Source: Rubricoccaceae bacterium (GTDB lineage: Bacteria; Bacteroidota; Rhodothermia; Rhodothermales; Rubricoccaceae). Taken from it: a stretch of 64,000 nt of DNA. The notes beneath the pieces were generated by a model. That model was not told where the DNA came from. It worked only from the letters and a program-made list of their open reading frames with translations, and did not search any database. Location of the stretch: positions 1,465-65,464 of the forward strand of contig JBGTDU010000152.1 in NCBI GenBank assembly GCA_041748175.1. Reading direction: 5' to 3'. Position numbers and translations under genes: made by a program. Of this stretch, positions 46,081-55,189 are shown one piece after another (positions within the stretch are counted from its first letter, which is position 1; every line of letters starts with the position of its first letter).

Positions 46081-47976
46081 TCAGAGTCGTTCAGCCAGTT
46101 CAGCCCAGCGTTCGATATCCTGGTCAAGGGCTGGTGTCAGGTCGCCCAGTTCCCTCGACAATGCGGCAACTACTTCGAAGTCGCTCGGATTCTCTTCGAG
46201 CGTGGCTTCAATTTCTTCCTTGCGCACTTCAGCTTTCGAGATCCGGTCTTCTACCTCGGCGAGTTCGCGTTTCTCCTTGAAGGACAACTTACCGGGGCTG
46301 TTCGTTGCTGAAACGCCTGGTTTCGCTATCGATTTCGCGGGAGAGATGGATGCTTTGGTGACGCTCGCGGCTTCTTCCCGGGCGCGAAGCTCCAGGTAAG
46401 CGCTGTAGTCGCCGGGGTAGCTCCGAATCGTCCCCGCGCCGTCAAAGCAGAGGATGCTGTCGATGGTCCGGTCGAGAAACCAGCGGTCGTGCGAGACGAC
46501 AATGAGGACACCTGCGAATGTGTCCAAGTACTCTTCAAGCGCGGCGAGCGTTTGGATGTCGAGATCATTCGTTGGCTCGTCGAGGAGGAGGATGTTGGGT
46601 GCCTGCATCAACACGAGCAACAGATGCAGGCGGCGACGTTCACCGCCGGAGAGTTTGGCGACGGGCGTGTATTGGACCTTGCCCGGAAACAGGAAGCGCT
46701 CCAGCATCTGGCTGGCCGTAATCACGCTGCCGTCGGCGGTCCGGACGTTCTCGGCCACATCCGTGACGGTGTCGATGACTCGCTTGGTATCATCCAGCGG
46801 GCGACTCTCTTGGTCGTAATAACCAATCACGGCTGTCGGGCCTACGTCAATCGTACCGGAATCGGGTGCGACGCGGCCGGCAATCAGATCCAGAAGCGTC
46901 GTCTTGCCTGATCCATTCGGCCCGATGATTCCGATGCGGTCGTCGCGGGTGAGGATCCGCGAGAAGTCCTTTACGAGAATCAGGTCGTCGTACGCCTTGG
47001 AAACACCCTCCAGCTCAACCACTTTTTTGCCGAGACGCGTAGACGCGGCGGCGAGTTCGATCGCCGCATCTGTTCCACCTCGGCCCCCTTCCTGTAACTC
47101 CCTGGCTCGCTCAACGCGATACTTCGCTTTCGACGTGCGCGCCTTTGCCCCGCGTCGGAGCCACGCCAATTCGCGCCGGGCGAGATTGCGGCGGGTTCGT
47201 TCGTTGGCGTCGGCCAGTCGATCCTGCTCCTCCTTGAGTTCGAGGTAGCGCGTGTAGTTGCCTTCATACTTCGTCACGCCGCCAGGCTCGACCTCCAGCA
47301 TCCGGTTTGTGACGCGGTCGAGGAAATAGCGGTCGTGCGTCACGAGCAGAAGGGCTCCTGCGTATCGAGCGAGGTAAGTCTCCAGCCACGCGATAGTCTC
47401 GGTATCGAGGTGGTTTGTAGGCTCATCCAGCAAAAGAAGATCGGGCTGCAACAGCAGAGCCCGAGCAAGTGCGACGCGCTTTCGCTGTCCGCCCGAGAGT
47501 GTGCCCACGAGCGCATCGGTGTCCGTGAGACCAAGCCTATCGAGGACAGCACGAGCACCCGCCTCGCGATCCCAGCCACCCGTCACGTCTAGTTGATGGC
47601 TCAGATCAGCCATACGGGCGAGAAGCCGCTCGTCGGGTCCGTCGCTTGTGGCGAGCCTGTGAGATGCGTCCTCGTAATCGTGCAACAGCCGCATCGTTGG
47701 GTCGCCTTGATCGAAGACGGCGTCGAGCACGGATTGATCGGCGTCGAACGGCGGATTCTGAGGCAAAAACGCCACGCGCGAGGCGTTGGGAATCATTATG
47801 CGACCGCCATCGGCCGTCTCCTCTCCTGCGAAGATGCGCAAAAGCGTCGTCTTGCCCGAGCCGTTCGCTCCGATGAGGCCCATCTTCTCGTCGTCGGCCA
47901 GCCCGAACGTCACGGCATCGAGCAACGGTTTCATGCCGAAGCTTTTCCGGAGGCCTTCGACGGTGAGAATGTTCAT
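46081..47976 (-). CDS. ABC-F family ATPase (Uup-like, with C-terminal coiled-coil domain)
   Basis: Two ABC cassettes (GANGSGKTTLL / LSGGQRKRVALA and GPNGSGKTTLL / LSGGERRRLHLL), no TM domain, and a KLSFKEKRELAEVEDRI coiled-coil tail. Start at the ATG at 47976 (MNILTVEGL). Confidence 0.9.
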   Translation of the reverse strand: MNILTVEGLRKSFGMKPLLDAVTFGLADDEKMGLIGANGSGKTTLLRIFAGEETADGGRIMIPNASRVAFLPQNPPFDADQSVLDAVFDQGDPTMRLLHDYEDASHRLATSDGPDERLLARMADLSHQLDVTGGWDREAGARAVLDRLGLTDTDALVGTLSGGQRKRVALARALLLQPDLLLLDEPTNHLDTETIAWLETYLARYAGALLLVTHDRYFLDRVTNRMLEVEPGGVTKYEGNYTRYLELKEEQDRLADANERTRRNLARRELAWLRRGAKARTSKAKYRVERARELQEGGRGGTDAAIELAAASTRLGKKVVELEGVSKAYDDLILVKDFSRILTRDDRIGIIGPNGSGKTTLLDLIAGRVAPDSGTIDVGPTAVIGYYDQESRPLDDTKRVIDTVTDVAENVRTADGSVITASQMLERFLFPGKVQYTPVAKLSGGERRRLHLLLVLMQAPNILLLDEPTNDLDIQTLAALEEYLDTFAGVLIVVSHDRWFLDRTIDSILCFDGAGTIRSYPGDYSAYLELRAREEAASVTKASISPAKSIAKPGVSATNSPGKLSFKEKRELAEVEDRISKAEVRKEEIEATLEENPSDFEVVAALSRELGDLTPALDQDIERWAELAERL

Positions 47977-48133
47977 CTGGTTAGACGGACGACGCGGTGC
48001 AGCGGAGGGCCGAGAAGGTACGGGTGATGCATTCCGGCGTTTGACTTTGACATTCGACTGATCCACCGGTTTGGAGGTCGTTTAGCCTGGGGCAGCGGCG
48101 GTGGTGGTTGTATTCCTTGTGGCCTGGTTGTAG

Positions 48134-48153
48134 CGCCGTTGCATGCAACGGCG
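48134..48153. repeat. Perfect 20-nt palindrome CGCCGTTGCATGCAACGGCG
   Basis: Self-complementary by inspection. Shares the motif GTAGCGnnGTTGCATGCAACnnCG with the inverted copy at 48241-48266. Confidence 0.85.
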
Positions 48154-48240
48154 TAGGGGCAATCCACACAATGCCCAGCCAAATCTGTGTCGGCTCGTCC
48201 CGACAACCCATCATGCCACCGCTTCGGTGATTCGACCAAT

Positions 48241-48266
48241 CGACGTTGCATGCAACATCGCTACCC
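48241..48266. repeat. Second, inverted copy of the GTTGCATGCAAC palindromic element
   Basis: cgacgttgcatgcaacatcgctaccc. Its reverse complement gggtagcgatgttgcatgcaacgtcg matches 48131-48153 (gtagcgccgttgcatgcaacggcg) apart from the nn positions. Confidence 0.8.
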
Positions 48267-48270
48267 GTCC

Positions 48271-48525
48271 TTAGCAGGCATCCGGTAGCATCACGCCATT
48301 CACTGAAACCAACCGATCCAACCGGATGACCTCACCCGAATCCAGACGCAGGTGGTCTGCACCGTCCTGGGCAAAGACATCAGCAATACACACCGTGGTG
48401 ATTTGTTGGATTTCTCCGTCCCGCCAGACAATCTCAACCGGCGTGCGGCGGATCGCCCAGTCTTCCAGCCGGTCGTGGAAGGAACACGCGATGGGATGAT
48501 AGTCGGCGTTTGGTTTATCCATCAC
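48271..48525 (-). CDS. Rof-like protein (modulator of Rho-dependent termination family)
   Basis: 84 aa. YHPIACSFHDRLE......VEIVWRDGE...........DGADHLRLDSGEVIRLDRLVSV parallels my recollection of E. coli Rof (YQPINCDDYDNLE...LKDGE...RELRLDKITSF). The start overlaps the GH92 stop (ATGATG/TGA). Confidence 0.65.
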   Translation of the reverse strand: MMDKPNADYHPIACSFHDRLEDWAIRRTPVEIVWRDGEIQQITTVCIADVFAQDGADHLRLDSGEVIRLDRLVSVNGVMLPDAC

Positions 48526-51443
48526 TCTACCCAGAACTCATCAACAAAAACCCACGATGGATTTCCAGCGCCGAGGTGCCAATCGGGTAGCAGATCGTAT
48601 GTGACGGCGCACATTCGGATATATCGGGCCATCACGAACACATCTCCGATGCCGCCGCCATATCGCGCGGTGGTCGCGTCCGTGGAATCGGGAGGCAGCG
48701 GTGCCTCAGTGCGGAGGAATTCCTCGTACGTCACGCCGTCGATCGACGTCTCGAAGATGACTTCACGCGGGAAGATGATCCACGGACTGGAATCTTGCAG
48801 AAAGCTCGCAAAGATGTTCGTGATAGACTGCGGTACGCCCAGGTCGATGGTCGCAACGACATCCTGATCGTAGAAACCCTGCCAGTCGCCCTTCCGCCAT
48901 TCCTCATCGCCGCGGATGCCGTCGATGAGGGCATCGTCCCCTCCGCCGGAATATTGCGGCGCATATTCCGAGTCCAAGGTCAAAGTCCAATCGTTGGGGC
49001 GCTCGATGAACTCGGCACGGGTTTCGGCACTGATCCTAGCCCTGTGATTCGGCAACGAGGGATAGTGATGCGGCAACGAGGGATACCTCACCTTTGCCTC
49101 CAACGTCGTAGAGGCGTCTATCAAAAACGGTTCGTGGTACTCAAGCCACGGACCGGGCAAGAGGTTCTCATGCAACAACCGATATGCAATGGTGCCGCGC
49201 CCGTTTGGGTTGTAAAGGGCGACCGTTTGCTCGCCCCGAAAGGATCTCTCGCCCTGGACAACGAGCGGTGTCTCGACAAAGCTATGGTCGTCCACTATCG
49301 GCACGTCGAATTCGCGTCCCCAATCGGACACATGGGAAGTGAGCTGGAAGGTGAGTTCACCACCGGCAGCAAGCGCTGCATGATCCAGCGTGAGGAGGTT
49401 GTAGTCGCTGCCGTTTAGCGTGGCAGAGGCGACGTACGGGCCGTTGCCGCTGCTCGAGATCGTGAACGGTCCACTTGCGAGATTCAGCGTCGCCCGTTGA
49501 AAAAGTGGGCTCGTGAGGGCATACTGCGTCGTTCCGGGCGTAACCGGATATAACCCGAGCGCACTCATCACAAACCATCCACTCATCTGGCCGCAATCTT
49601 CGTTGCCGGGGAGGCCGTCCGGTGTGGGCCGGAAGAGCGTCGTCAGAATCTGCCGGACCCGCTGCTGTGTTTTGTGCGGCGCACGCGTGTAGTTGTAGAG
49701 GTACGCGAAGTGGTGACTGGGCTCGTTGCCCTGTGCGTATTGCCCGATGAGGCCCGTAATGTCGGCCTGATCACGGCCCGTCGTGTTCGTGGGCGCCGTG
49801 AACAAGGCGTCCAGGTGAGGTTCGAGCGCTTCCGGCCCGCCAAGGCGGTCCATCCATCCGCCGATGTCGTGCGGGACGAAAAAGGAATACTGCCAACTGT
49901 TGGCCTCGGTGTAGTGGTTGTTGACCTCGCGCGGATCGAATGGCGACAGCCACCCGCCGTTGCGGCGCGGCCGCATGAAGCCGTCCGGATCCATCATGTT
50001 GCGGTAGCCAAGAGAAAGCCAGCGATGATGCTCGGCGACGTCATCGCGACCAAGCCATTCCGCCATCTGCGAAATCACCCAGTGGTCGTAGGCGTACTCC
50101 AGAGTTTTTGAAACCGACTCCGATTCGTCCTCAATTGAGAGATAGCCCCTTTCGTTGAATTCCGGCTGGCCGAAATCGTCGTGCTGGGAAGCCGCGATCA
50201 TGGCTTCCAGAGCCAGGTCGGCATCGTAGCCACGGATTCCTTTCGCGTAGGCGTCCGCAATGACAGACACCGAATGGAAGCCAATCATCGTGTCGGTTTC
50301 GTTGGCAGCCAACTCCCAGACAGGCAGTCGCCCGCCCTGTTCGTAGATGAGCAGCATCGTGCGAACGAAGTCGCGTGTGCGGTCCGGGTCGATGAGCGTC
50401 AACAGCGGATGGAGCGTCCGAAAGGTGTCCCACAGCGAGAAGACCGTGTAGACATCGTGGTCGGCGCGGTGGACGGCACCGTCGTGGCCACGGTAGCGGC
50501 CGTCCACGTCGCTCCAGATGTTGGGCGCGATCATCGTGTGGTAGAGCGCCGTGTAGAAGTTGGTCCGCTCCTCGTTGGAGCCTCCTTCGATCTCAATCAC
50601 ACCTAGCTCGCTGTTCCACGTCGAGTCGGCGGCTATTCGGATTTCCTCGAAGTCCCAGCCGGGCATCTCGTGGATGAGATTCCGCAGCGCGCCGGTCATG
50701 TCATTGCTCGAGAGCCCGGTTTTGATGAGCAGCTTCTCTCCCGCCTCGACCCGAAACCGGAAGAGCATCTGGCGCGTGCCCTCGGGGCCGTCGAACTCGG
50801 TCGCCTCATCGAACGGGCGCGAGAACTCCGTGTGGTAGTAGATGAGCTGGTCTTCCGCCCATCCCGTTGAGCGCCGCAAACCCTGTACGCGATCAAAAGT
50901 GTTTTCAATCAGCGCCTGGCCTTCAACGAGTCTGTCTCGATGCGTTAGATCGAGAATGACGTTGATCCAACCTGCTCGCGGAAACGTGTACTGCTGCAAT
51001 CCAGCTCGGGTGGTGGACGTGAGTCGGACGCGGATATCCTCATCATCCAACGTGACGGCGTAGTATCCGGGCGAGGCTTCCTCGGTCTCATGCCGGAAGG
51101 CCGAGCGGTATTGCTCGGGGTCCGTTGAGGGCTCGCCATAGAACGGCATGAACATTACGTCGCCGTAATCCGAGATGCCCGTGCCGCTGAGGTGTGTGTG
51201 CGAGAATCCGTAGATGTGCGGATCGTCGTAGTAATAGCCTGCGCAACCTTCCCACGACGAATCCACGCGCGTATCCGGACTCAATTGCACCATCCCGAAT
51301 GGCGTCGTCGCGCCCGGAAACGTGTGCCCCATTCCGCCCGTTCCGATGAAGGGATCGGCGAGTTTTGTCCATTGCGCGAAGGCGGGCGGTGCCAGAAGGA
51401 GCATCACTGGTAAAACGATGGAGGCCAATTGAGCGTTGGACAT
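48522..51443 (-). CDS. GH92 family alpha-mannosidase with C-terminal discoidin (F5/8 type C)-like domain, secreted
   Basis: Start at the ATG at 51443 (MSNAQLASIVLPVMLLLAPPAFAQ). GH92 N-terminal block DPFIGTGGMGHTFPGATTPFGMVQLSPDT, plus GFSHTHLSGTG and NEDCGQMS blocks. The C-terminal ~150 aa resemble a carbohydrate-binding discoidin fold. Confidence 0.88.
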   Translation of the reverse strand: MSNAQLASIVLPVMLLLAPPAFAQWTKLADPFIGTGGMGHTFPGATTPFGMVQLSPDTRVDSSWEGCAGYYYDDPHIYGFSHTHLSGTGISDYGDVMFMPFYGEPSTDPEQYRSAFRHETEEASPGYYAVTLDDEDIRVRLTSTTRAGLQQYTFPRAGWINVILDLTHRDRLVEGQALIENTFDRVQGLRRSTGWAEDQLIYYHTEFSRPFDEATEFDGPEGTRQMLFRFRVEAGEKLLIKTGLSSNDMTGALRNLIHEMPGWDFEEIRIAADSTWNSELGVIEIEGGSNEERTNFYTALYHTMIAPNIWSDVDGRYRGHDGAVHRADHDVYTVFSLWDTFRTLHPLLTLIDPDRTRDFVRTMLLIYEQGGRLPVWELAANETDTMIGFHSVSVIADAYAKGIRGYDADLALEAMIAASQHDDFGQPEFNERGYLSIEDESESVSKTLEYAYDHWVISQMAEWLGRDDVAEHHRWLSLGYRNMMDPDGFMRPRRNGGWLSPFDPREVNNHYTEANSWQYSFFVPHDIGGWMDRLGGPEALEPHLDALFTAPTNTTGRDQADITGLIGQYAQGNEPSHHFAYLYNYTRAPHKTQQRVRQILTTLFRPTPDGLPGNEDCGQMSGWFVMSALGLYPVTPGTTQYALTSPLFQRATLNLASGPFTISSSGNGPYVASATLNGSDYNLLTLDHAALAAGGELTFQLTSHVSDWGREFDVPIVDDHSFVETPLVVQGERSFRGEQTVALYNPNGRGTIAYRLLHENLLPGPWLEYHEPFLIDASTTLEAKVRYPSLPHHYPSLPNHRARISAETRAEFIERPNDWTLTLDSEYAPQYSGGGDDALIDGIRGDEEWRKGDWQGFYDQDVVATIDLGVPQSITNIFASFLQDSSPWIIFPREVIFETSIDGVTYEEFLRTEAPLPPDSTDATTARYGGGIGDVFVMARYIRMCAVTYDLLPDWHLGAGNPSWVFVDEFWVE

Positions 51444-51467
51444 TCTTGTCTTAATTGAATTGCTCAA

Positions 51468-51638
51468 AATTGTCATCCTGAGGAGCGCAGCGACGAAGGG
51501 TTGTGCGCGACAGATCGGGAGAGTGGTTCCAGAATATCGGAATTGTCATCCTGAGGAGCGCAGCGACGAAGGATCTGGTTCCATCAAGCTATCGAGTTGA
51601 TCGCGGCTAGATCCTTCGCTTCGCTCAGGATGACATCT
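51468..51638. repeat. Cluster of three REP/MITE-like elements (two direct copies and one inverted copy)
   Basis: 51468-51499 and 51541-51572 are identical over 32 nt (aattgtcatcctgaggagcgcagcgacgaagg). 51609-51638 (agatccttcgcttcgctcaggatgacatct) is the inverted short form. It can pair with 51545-51576 across a 32-nt spacer. Confidence 0.88.
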
Positions 51639-52041
51639 CACTTTGATTGGTTGGATTGTAAAGTGGCTGCTTCGCAATCAGAAAATCCTCCACAACCTCC
51701 CCGCCGATCAGGTGCTCCTGGATAATGCGTTCGAGGACTTCGGGTGTGCAGGAATGGTACCACACGCCTTCGGGGTAGACGACGGCGATGGGGCCGCTGA
51801 GGCACATTTGGAGGCAGTTGGCCTTCGTTCGGTAGATGCCGCCAGATCCCACCAGATCCAGTTCAATGAGTCGCTGCTTGAGGTACTCCCACGACGCCAG
51901 CCCCTCTTCTTTCGCGCAGCACTTCGGCTTGGTTTGATCGGCGCAGAGGAAGATGTGCCGCCGGATCGTGTTGACCCCCAATTTCTCGACCTGCTGTTGT
52001 AGGGCGTCATCCTGACGGGCGGTATGGTTGTCGCCAGGCAT
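51625..52041 (-). CDS. Thioredoxin-like [2Fe-2S] ferredoxin domain protein
   Basis: Cys pattern FLCAD-x7-CC ... NCLQMC (C-x8/9-C-x33-C-x3-C) and the [13 protein letters not shown] block. The start shares one nt with the upstream GH2 stop (TGATG). The stop codon lies inside the repeat copy at 51609-51638. Confidence 0.78.
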   Translation of the reverse strand: MPGDNHTARQDDALQQQVEKLGVNTIRRHIFLCADQTKPKCCAKEEGLASWEYLKQRLIELDLVGSGGIYRTKANCLQMCLSGPIAVVYPEGVWYHSCTPEVLERIIQEHLIGGEVVEDFLIAKQPLYNPTNQSEMSS

Positions 52042-54506
52042 CAGTGCTGTTGGAGGTCGTAGAGGGAACGGATGGTGATACTGTCTGCGGATAGACTTGC
52101 AGGGCGGAACATGCCTTCAAACACGTTCATGCTTGGGAAAACATCCTGGTAGTTGAGAGGCATGTTGATTCCATGCGCTGTGTCCTCTAGCCAAACGCCA
52201 AAGGCAGGATATTTTGATGATATCCAAACGACATCTGACTCGTCGTCGATACTTACATCAAGCTCAGGATCTCGAATGTTCAGTTGCCATCGCGGAACTA
52301 AGGTGCTTGTGTTTCTTGAAAGACCCAGATTCGTACCTAGATACAGAACCGACCGAAAGACTAGTCGATCGTCTGTGATCTCAAATGCGTCTCGAGGCTT
52401 TAGGGGGACATCAACTACACCGTTCGCTGTGATAGTAAGTTCTATGGCGTCCATCCCTAGAATACCCGACAAGGTGTCAAACGCCTCAATGGTCACTTGT
52501 CCCGCATAGGTCCTCATGCTATCACTCACTACCCGCAGCCGAAGGCTATCCCCTTCCTGATAAACCTCAGCGAACAGTGGCTGGTACAGTTCGCGGACGC
52601 GGTAGTGGAGCGGCTTCCATCGGCCGAACACGTCCATGCTCGACCAAGAAACCACTGGCCAGACGTCGTTGAGCTGCCAATAGAGGGTGCCCATTGTGCG
52701 GGGCTTGCTGGCGCGGTGGCCGGCAATCGCCATCCCGACGCCCTCGGCCTGCATCACTTGCGTCATGTAGCGCCAGAGGCCGGGGTCCTCGGGCACATGT
52801 CCGAACGTCATCAACGCATACTCACGCAGCCACTCCTCGCCGTGCGGATGTTTCTGGTGGTTGCGGAATTCTTCGGAATCCGGTGGCAAATCGTCTGCAA
52901 ACGTCCGCACGGTGGCTTCGACGGGATACGCCTGAAATCCGTACTCGCTGTTGAAGCGCCCGATCTTTTCTCGGTAGCTCTCGAAGGGTGCCCGGCCCCA
53001 CCACACGCCCCAGTAGTGCACGTCGCCCTGCTCGTAGGCAATGTCGCGCCCCCAACCGTTGGAAGGCGACGACGGCCAGTACGGAACATCTGGCTGGAAC
53101 TCCTCGACGACGGACGGAAGCAGCTCCTCAAACAGACGTTGGTAACCCTGCCAGAGCGCAAGCGAATCTGCCTCGGAGTACCCGAGCGACTCCTGCCAGC
53201 CCCAGTTGTGCCAGCCCTCGCTGATTTCATTGTTGCCACACCAGAGCACGATGGACGGATGCCTCCGGAGCCGTGCAACCTGCTTTCCCGCCTCCTGTCG
53301 GACGTTGGCCAAAAACTCCTCCGTCTCCGGGTAGAGGGCATTGGCGAACATGAAATCCTGCCAGACCATAATGCCCAACGAATCGGCGAGGTCGTAGAAC
53401 AGGTCGTCCTCGTACACGCCGCCGCCCCAAACGCGGATCATGTTCATGTTGGCGTCGGCGGCAGATTGCAGAACCGTGCGGTAGCGTTCCGCTGACGCTG
53501 GATAGAAGCTCGTCATCGGCGCCGAGTTCGCGCCCTTCGCAAAGATTGGTTCGCCGTTGATGACGAACGTGAAAGCGCCATCGGTCTGGTCGAGTTCGAC
53601 AGTGCGGATGCCTGCACGCTGTCGTTCGTGGATGGTGCGACCGTCTATCGCAACCTCGATATCCAGATCGTAGAGGTTAGCGGGATCGGAGCTTCCTGGC
53701 CACCAAAGACGTGGGTTGCTGACCTCAAACGGAATGCGGATCTCCTCATCCGCAACCCCATCAACAGACGTACGAACCATTTCGTTGCCGTTGAGACTGA
53801 CGACGATCTCAGCGGATTCGGTTACCGCGTTCCTAAGCGACGTGACTAGCTCGACCTCAGCGACGTCGTCCGAAATGCTAAGTGTTCGGAGGTACGTGCC
53901 TTCCAAACGTGGAATGGCCGCGTCTTCCAAGAACACGCCCTTCCACGGCCCGGCCGTCAGAAACCTAGGCCCCCAGTCCCAACCAAAATGGTAGGCTGCC
54001 TTTCGCACGAACATGCGTGGACTTTCTGGGAGCGGATAGGGATACTCAGCCGCGAGTCGCTCGGCCTCGGGCGCAGCCGGATGGAACACGATTTTGAGGG
54101 CGAATTCCGTCCCCGCGAACTCGGAGCCCAGCGACACCTCCCATCTCCGAAACATGTTGTCGGCGCGCAGTACGCGCGTGGAGTCAATGCATACATCCGC
54201 AATCGTATCCAATCCTTCGAAGACCAGTATTGGCTGCTCCATCGAGGCAGGGATGTGGATGCGCGTTTCGTAGACCCACGTCGTGGTATCGACCCACGCG
54301 ACGCGCTGTTCGTTGTCGCCGAAATACGGATCCGGAATTAAGCCCGCATCGTGGAGCGCGGTATGTACGACGCCGGGGACAAGCGCAGCTATAGGCCCGA
54401 TCCTGCCGTTCTCCGAGCGGACCGTCCAGTTCTCAACCGGGATCCGAATCTGTTGGGCGGAGACGGATGATGCCGTGAGAAGGAGGAGGAGCAGAAGTCG
54501 GCGCAT
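52041..54506 (-). CDS. GH2 family beta-mannosidase, secreted
   Basis: Start at the ATG at 54506 ([18 protein letters not shown]). N-terminal [24 protein letters not shown] block and [10 protein letters not shown] acid/base region, typical of beta-mannosidases. Confidence 0.85.
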   Translation of the reverse strand: MRRLLLLLLLTASSVSAQQIRIPVENWTVRSENGRIGPIAALVPGVVHTALHDAGLIPDPYFGDNEQRVAWVDTTTWVYETRIHIPASMEQPILVFEGLDTIADVCIDSTRVLRADNMFRRWEVSLGSEFAGTEFALKIVFHPAAPEAERLAAEYPYPLPESPRMFVRKAAYHFGWDWGPRFLTAGPWKGVFLEDAAIPRLEGTYLRTLSISDDVAEVELVTSLRNAVTESAEIVVSLNGNEMVRTSVDGVADEEIRIPFEVSNPRLWWPGSSDPANLYDLDIEVAIDGRTIHERQRAGIRTVELDQTDGAFTFVINGEPIFAKGANSAPMTSFYPASAERYRTVLQSAADANMNMIRVWGGGVYEDDLFYDLADSLGIMVWQDFMFANALYPETEEFLANVRQEAGKQVARLRRHPSIVLWCGNNEISEGWHNWGWQESLGYSEADSLALWQGYQRLFEELLPSVVEEFQPDVPYWPSSPSNGWGRDIAYEQGDVHYWGVWWGRAPFESYREKIGRFNSEYGFQAYPVEATVRTFADDLPPDSEEFRNHQKHPHGEEWLREYALMTFGHVPEDPGLWRYMTQVMQAEGVGMAIAGHRASKPRTMGTLYWQLNDVWPVVSWSSMDVFGRWKPLHYRVRELYQPLFAEVYQEGDSLRLRVVSDSMRTYAGQVTIEAFDTLSGILGMDAIELTITANGVVDVPLKPRDAFEITDDRLVFRSVLYLGTNLGLSRNTSTLVPRWQLNIRDPELDVSIDDESDVVWISSKYPAFGVWLEDTAHGINMPLNYQDVFPSMNVFEGMFRPASLSADSITIRSLYDLQQH

Positions 54507-54520
54507 GGCGGAAGATCCGA

Positions 54521-55189
54521 TCAAGCAAGCGCTTCAACCAACCGCCGGACTTCCTCCGGATCGACCCTCGCCTCCGTCGCTCGCGCGGCGCTGTGGATTT
54601 CGACCGCCCCGGTTCGGTCCAAAATCTCCAGAACATTTTCCGTTCGAACGGCTCCTCCAGGAATGACGATCAGATCATTTCCAGCCCGCTCTACCAAGCG
54701 CGCAATCAACTCAGCGCCTTCCAACGCTGTCGGCTGGCCGCCGCTTGTGAGGACGCGCGCCCCGCCGCAACGAATGATCGCGTCGAGCGCTTCCAAAGGA
54801 TCGCGTGCTTCGTCGAATGCCCGATGAAAGGTGACGGGCTTGGGCGCGACGGCCTCGACCATCTCTCGGAGTGCGTTCTCATCGACTCGCCCGTCAACCA
54901 GAAGAGCGCCGAAAACAATACCGTCGGCTCCTACGTCGATGATCTCGCGAGCTGAAATCCGCATCCGAGCATGTTCCCCGCTGGAGAACACGAAACCATC
55001 CGCGTGCTCGCGGATCATTACAAAGACCGGCACATGGACGCGCTCTTTGACGAACGCGATATCAGTCAAAGACGGCGTCAACCCGCCCGCGCGGTAGTCG
55101 CGGCAGAGCTCGATGCGGTTGGCTCCCGCGCTCGCAGCCCTCACCGCGCATTGGGGGTCGAACGAGGCGACCTCGAGTGTGGCACTCAT
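54521..55189 (-). CDS. cutC: CutC family protein
   Basis: LEVASFD...A..AGANRIELC......GGLTPS, HRAFD and VLTSGG blocks of the CutC TIM-barrel family. Confidence 0.85.
   Translation of the reverse strand: MSATLEVASFDPQCAVRAASAGANRIELCRDYRAGGLTPSLTDIAFVKERVHVPVFVMIREHADGFVFSSGEHARMRISAREIIDVGADGIVFGALLVDGRVDENALREMVEAVAPKPVTFHRAFDEARDPLEALDAIIRCGGARVLTSGGQPTALEGAELIARLVERAGNDLIVIPGGAVRTENVLEILDRTGAVEIHSAARATEARVDPEEVRRLVEALA

Noticed and set aside
52015-52028. Partial match (gtcatcctgacggg) to the REP-like element inside the ferredoxin-like gene.
   Set aside because: Only the first ~11 nt match and it lies within coding sequence. It is most likely a chance similarity.
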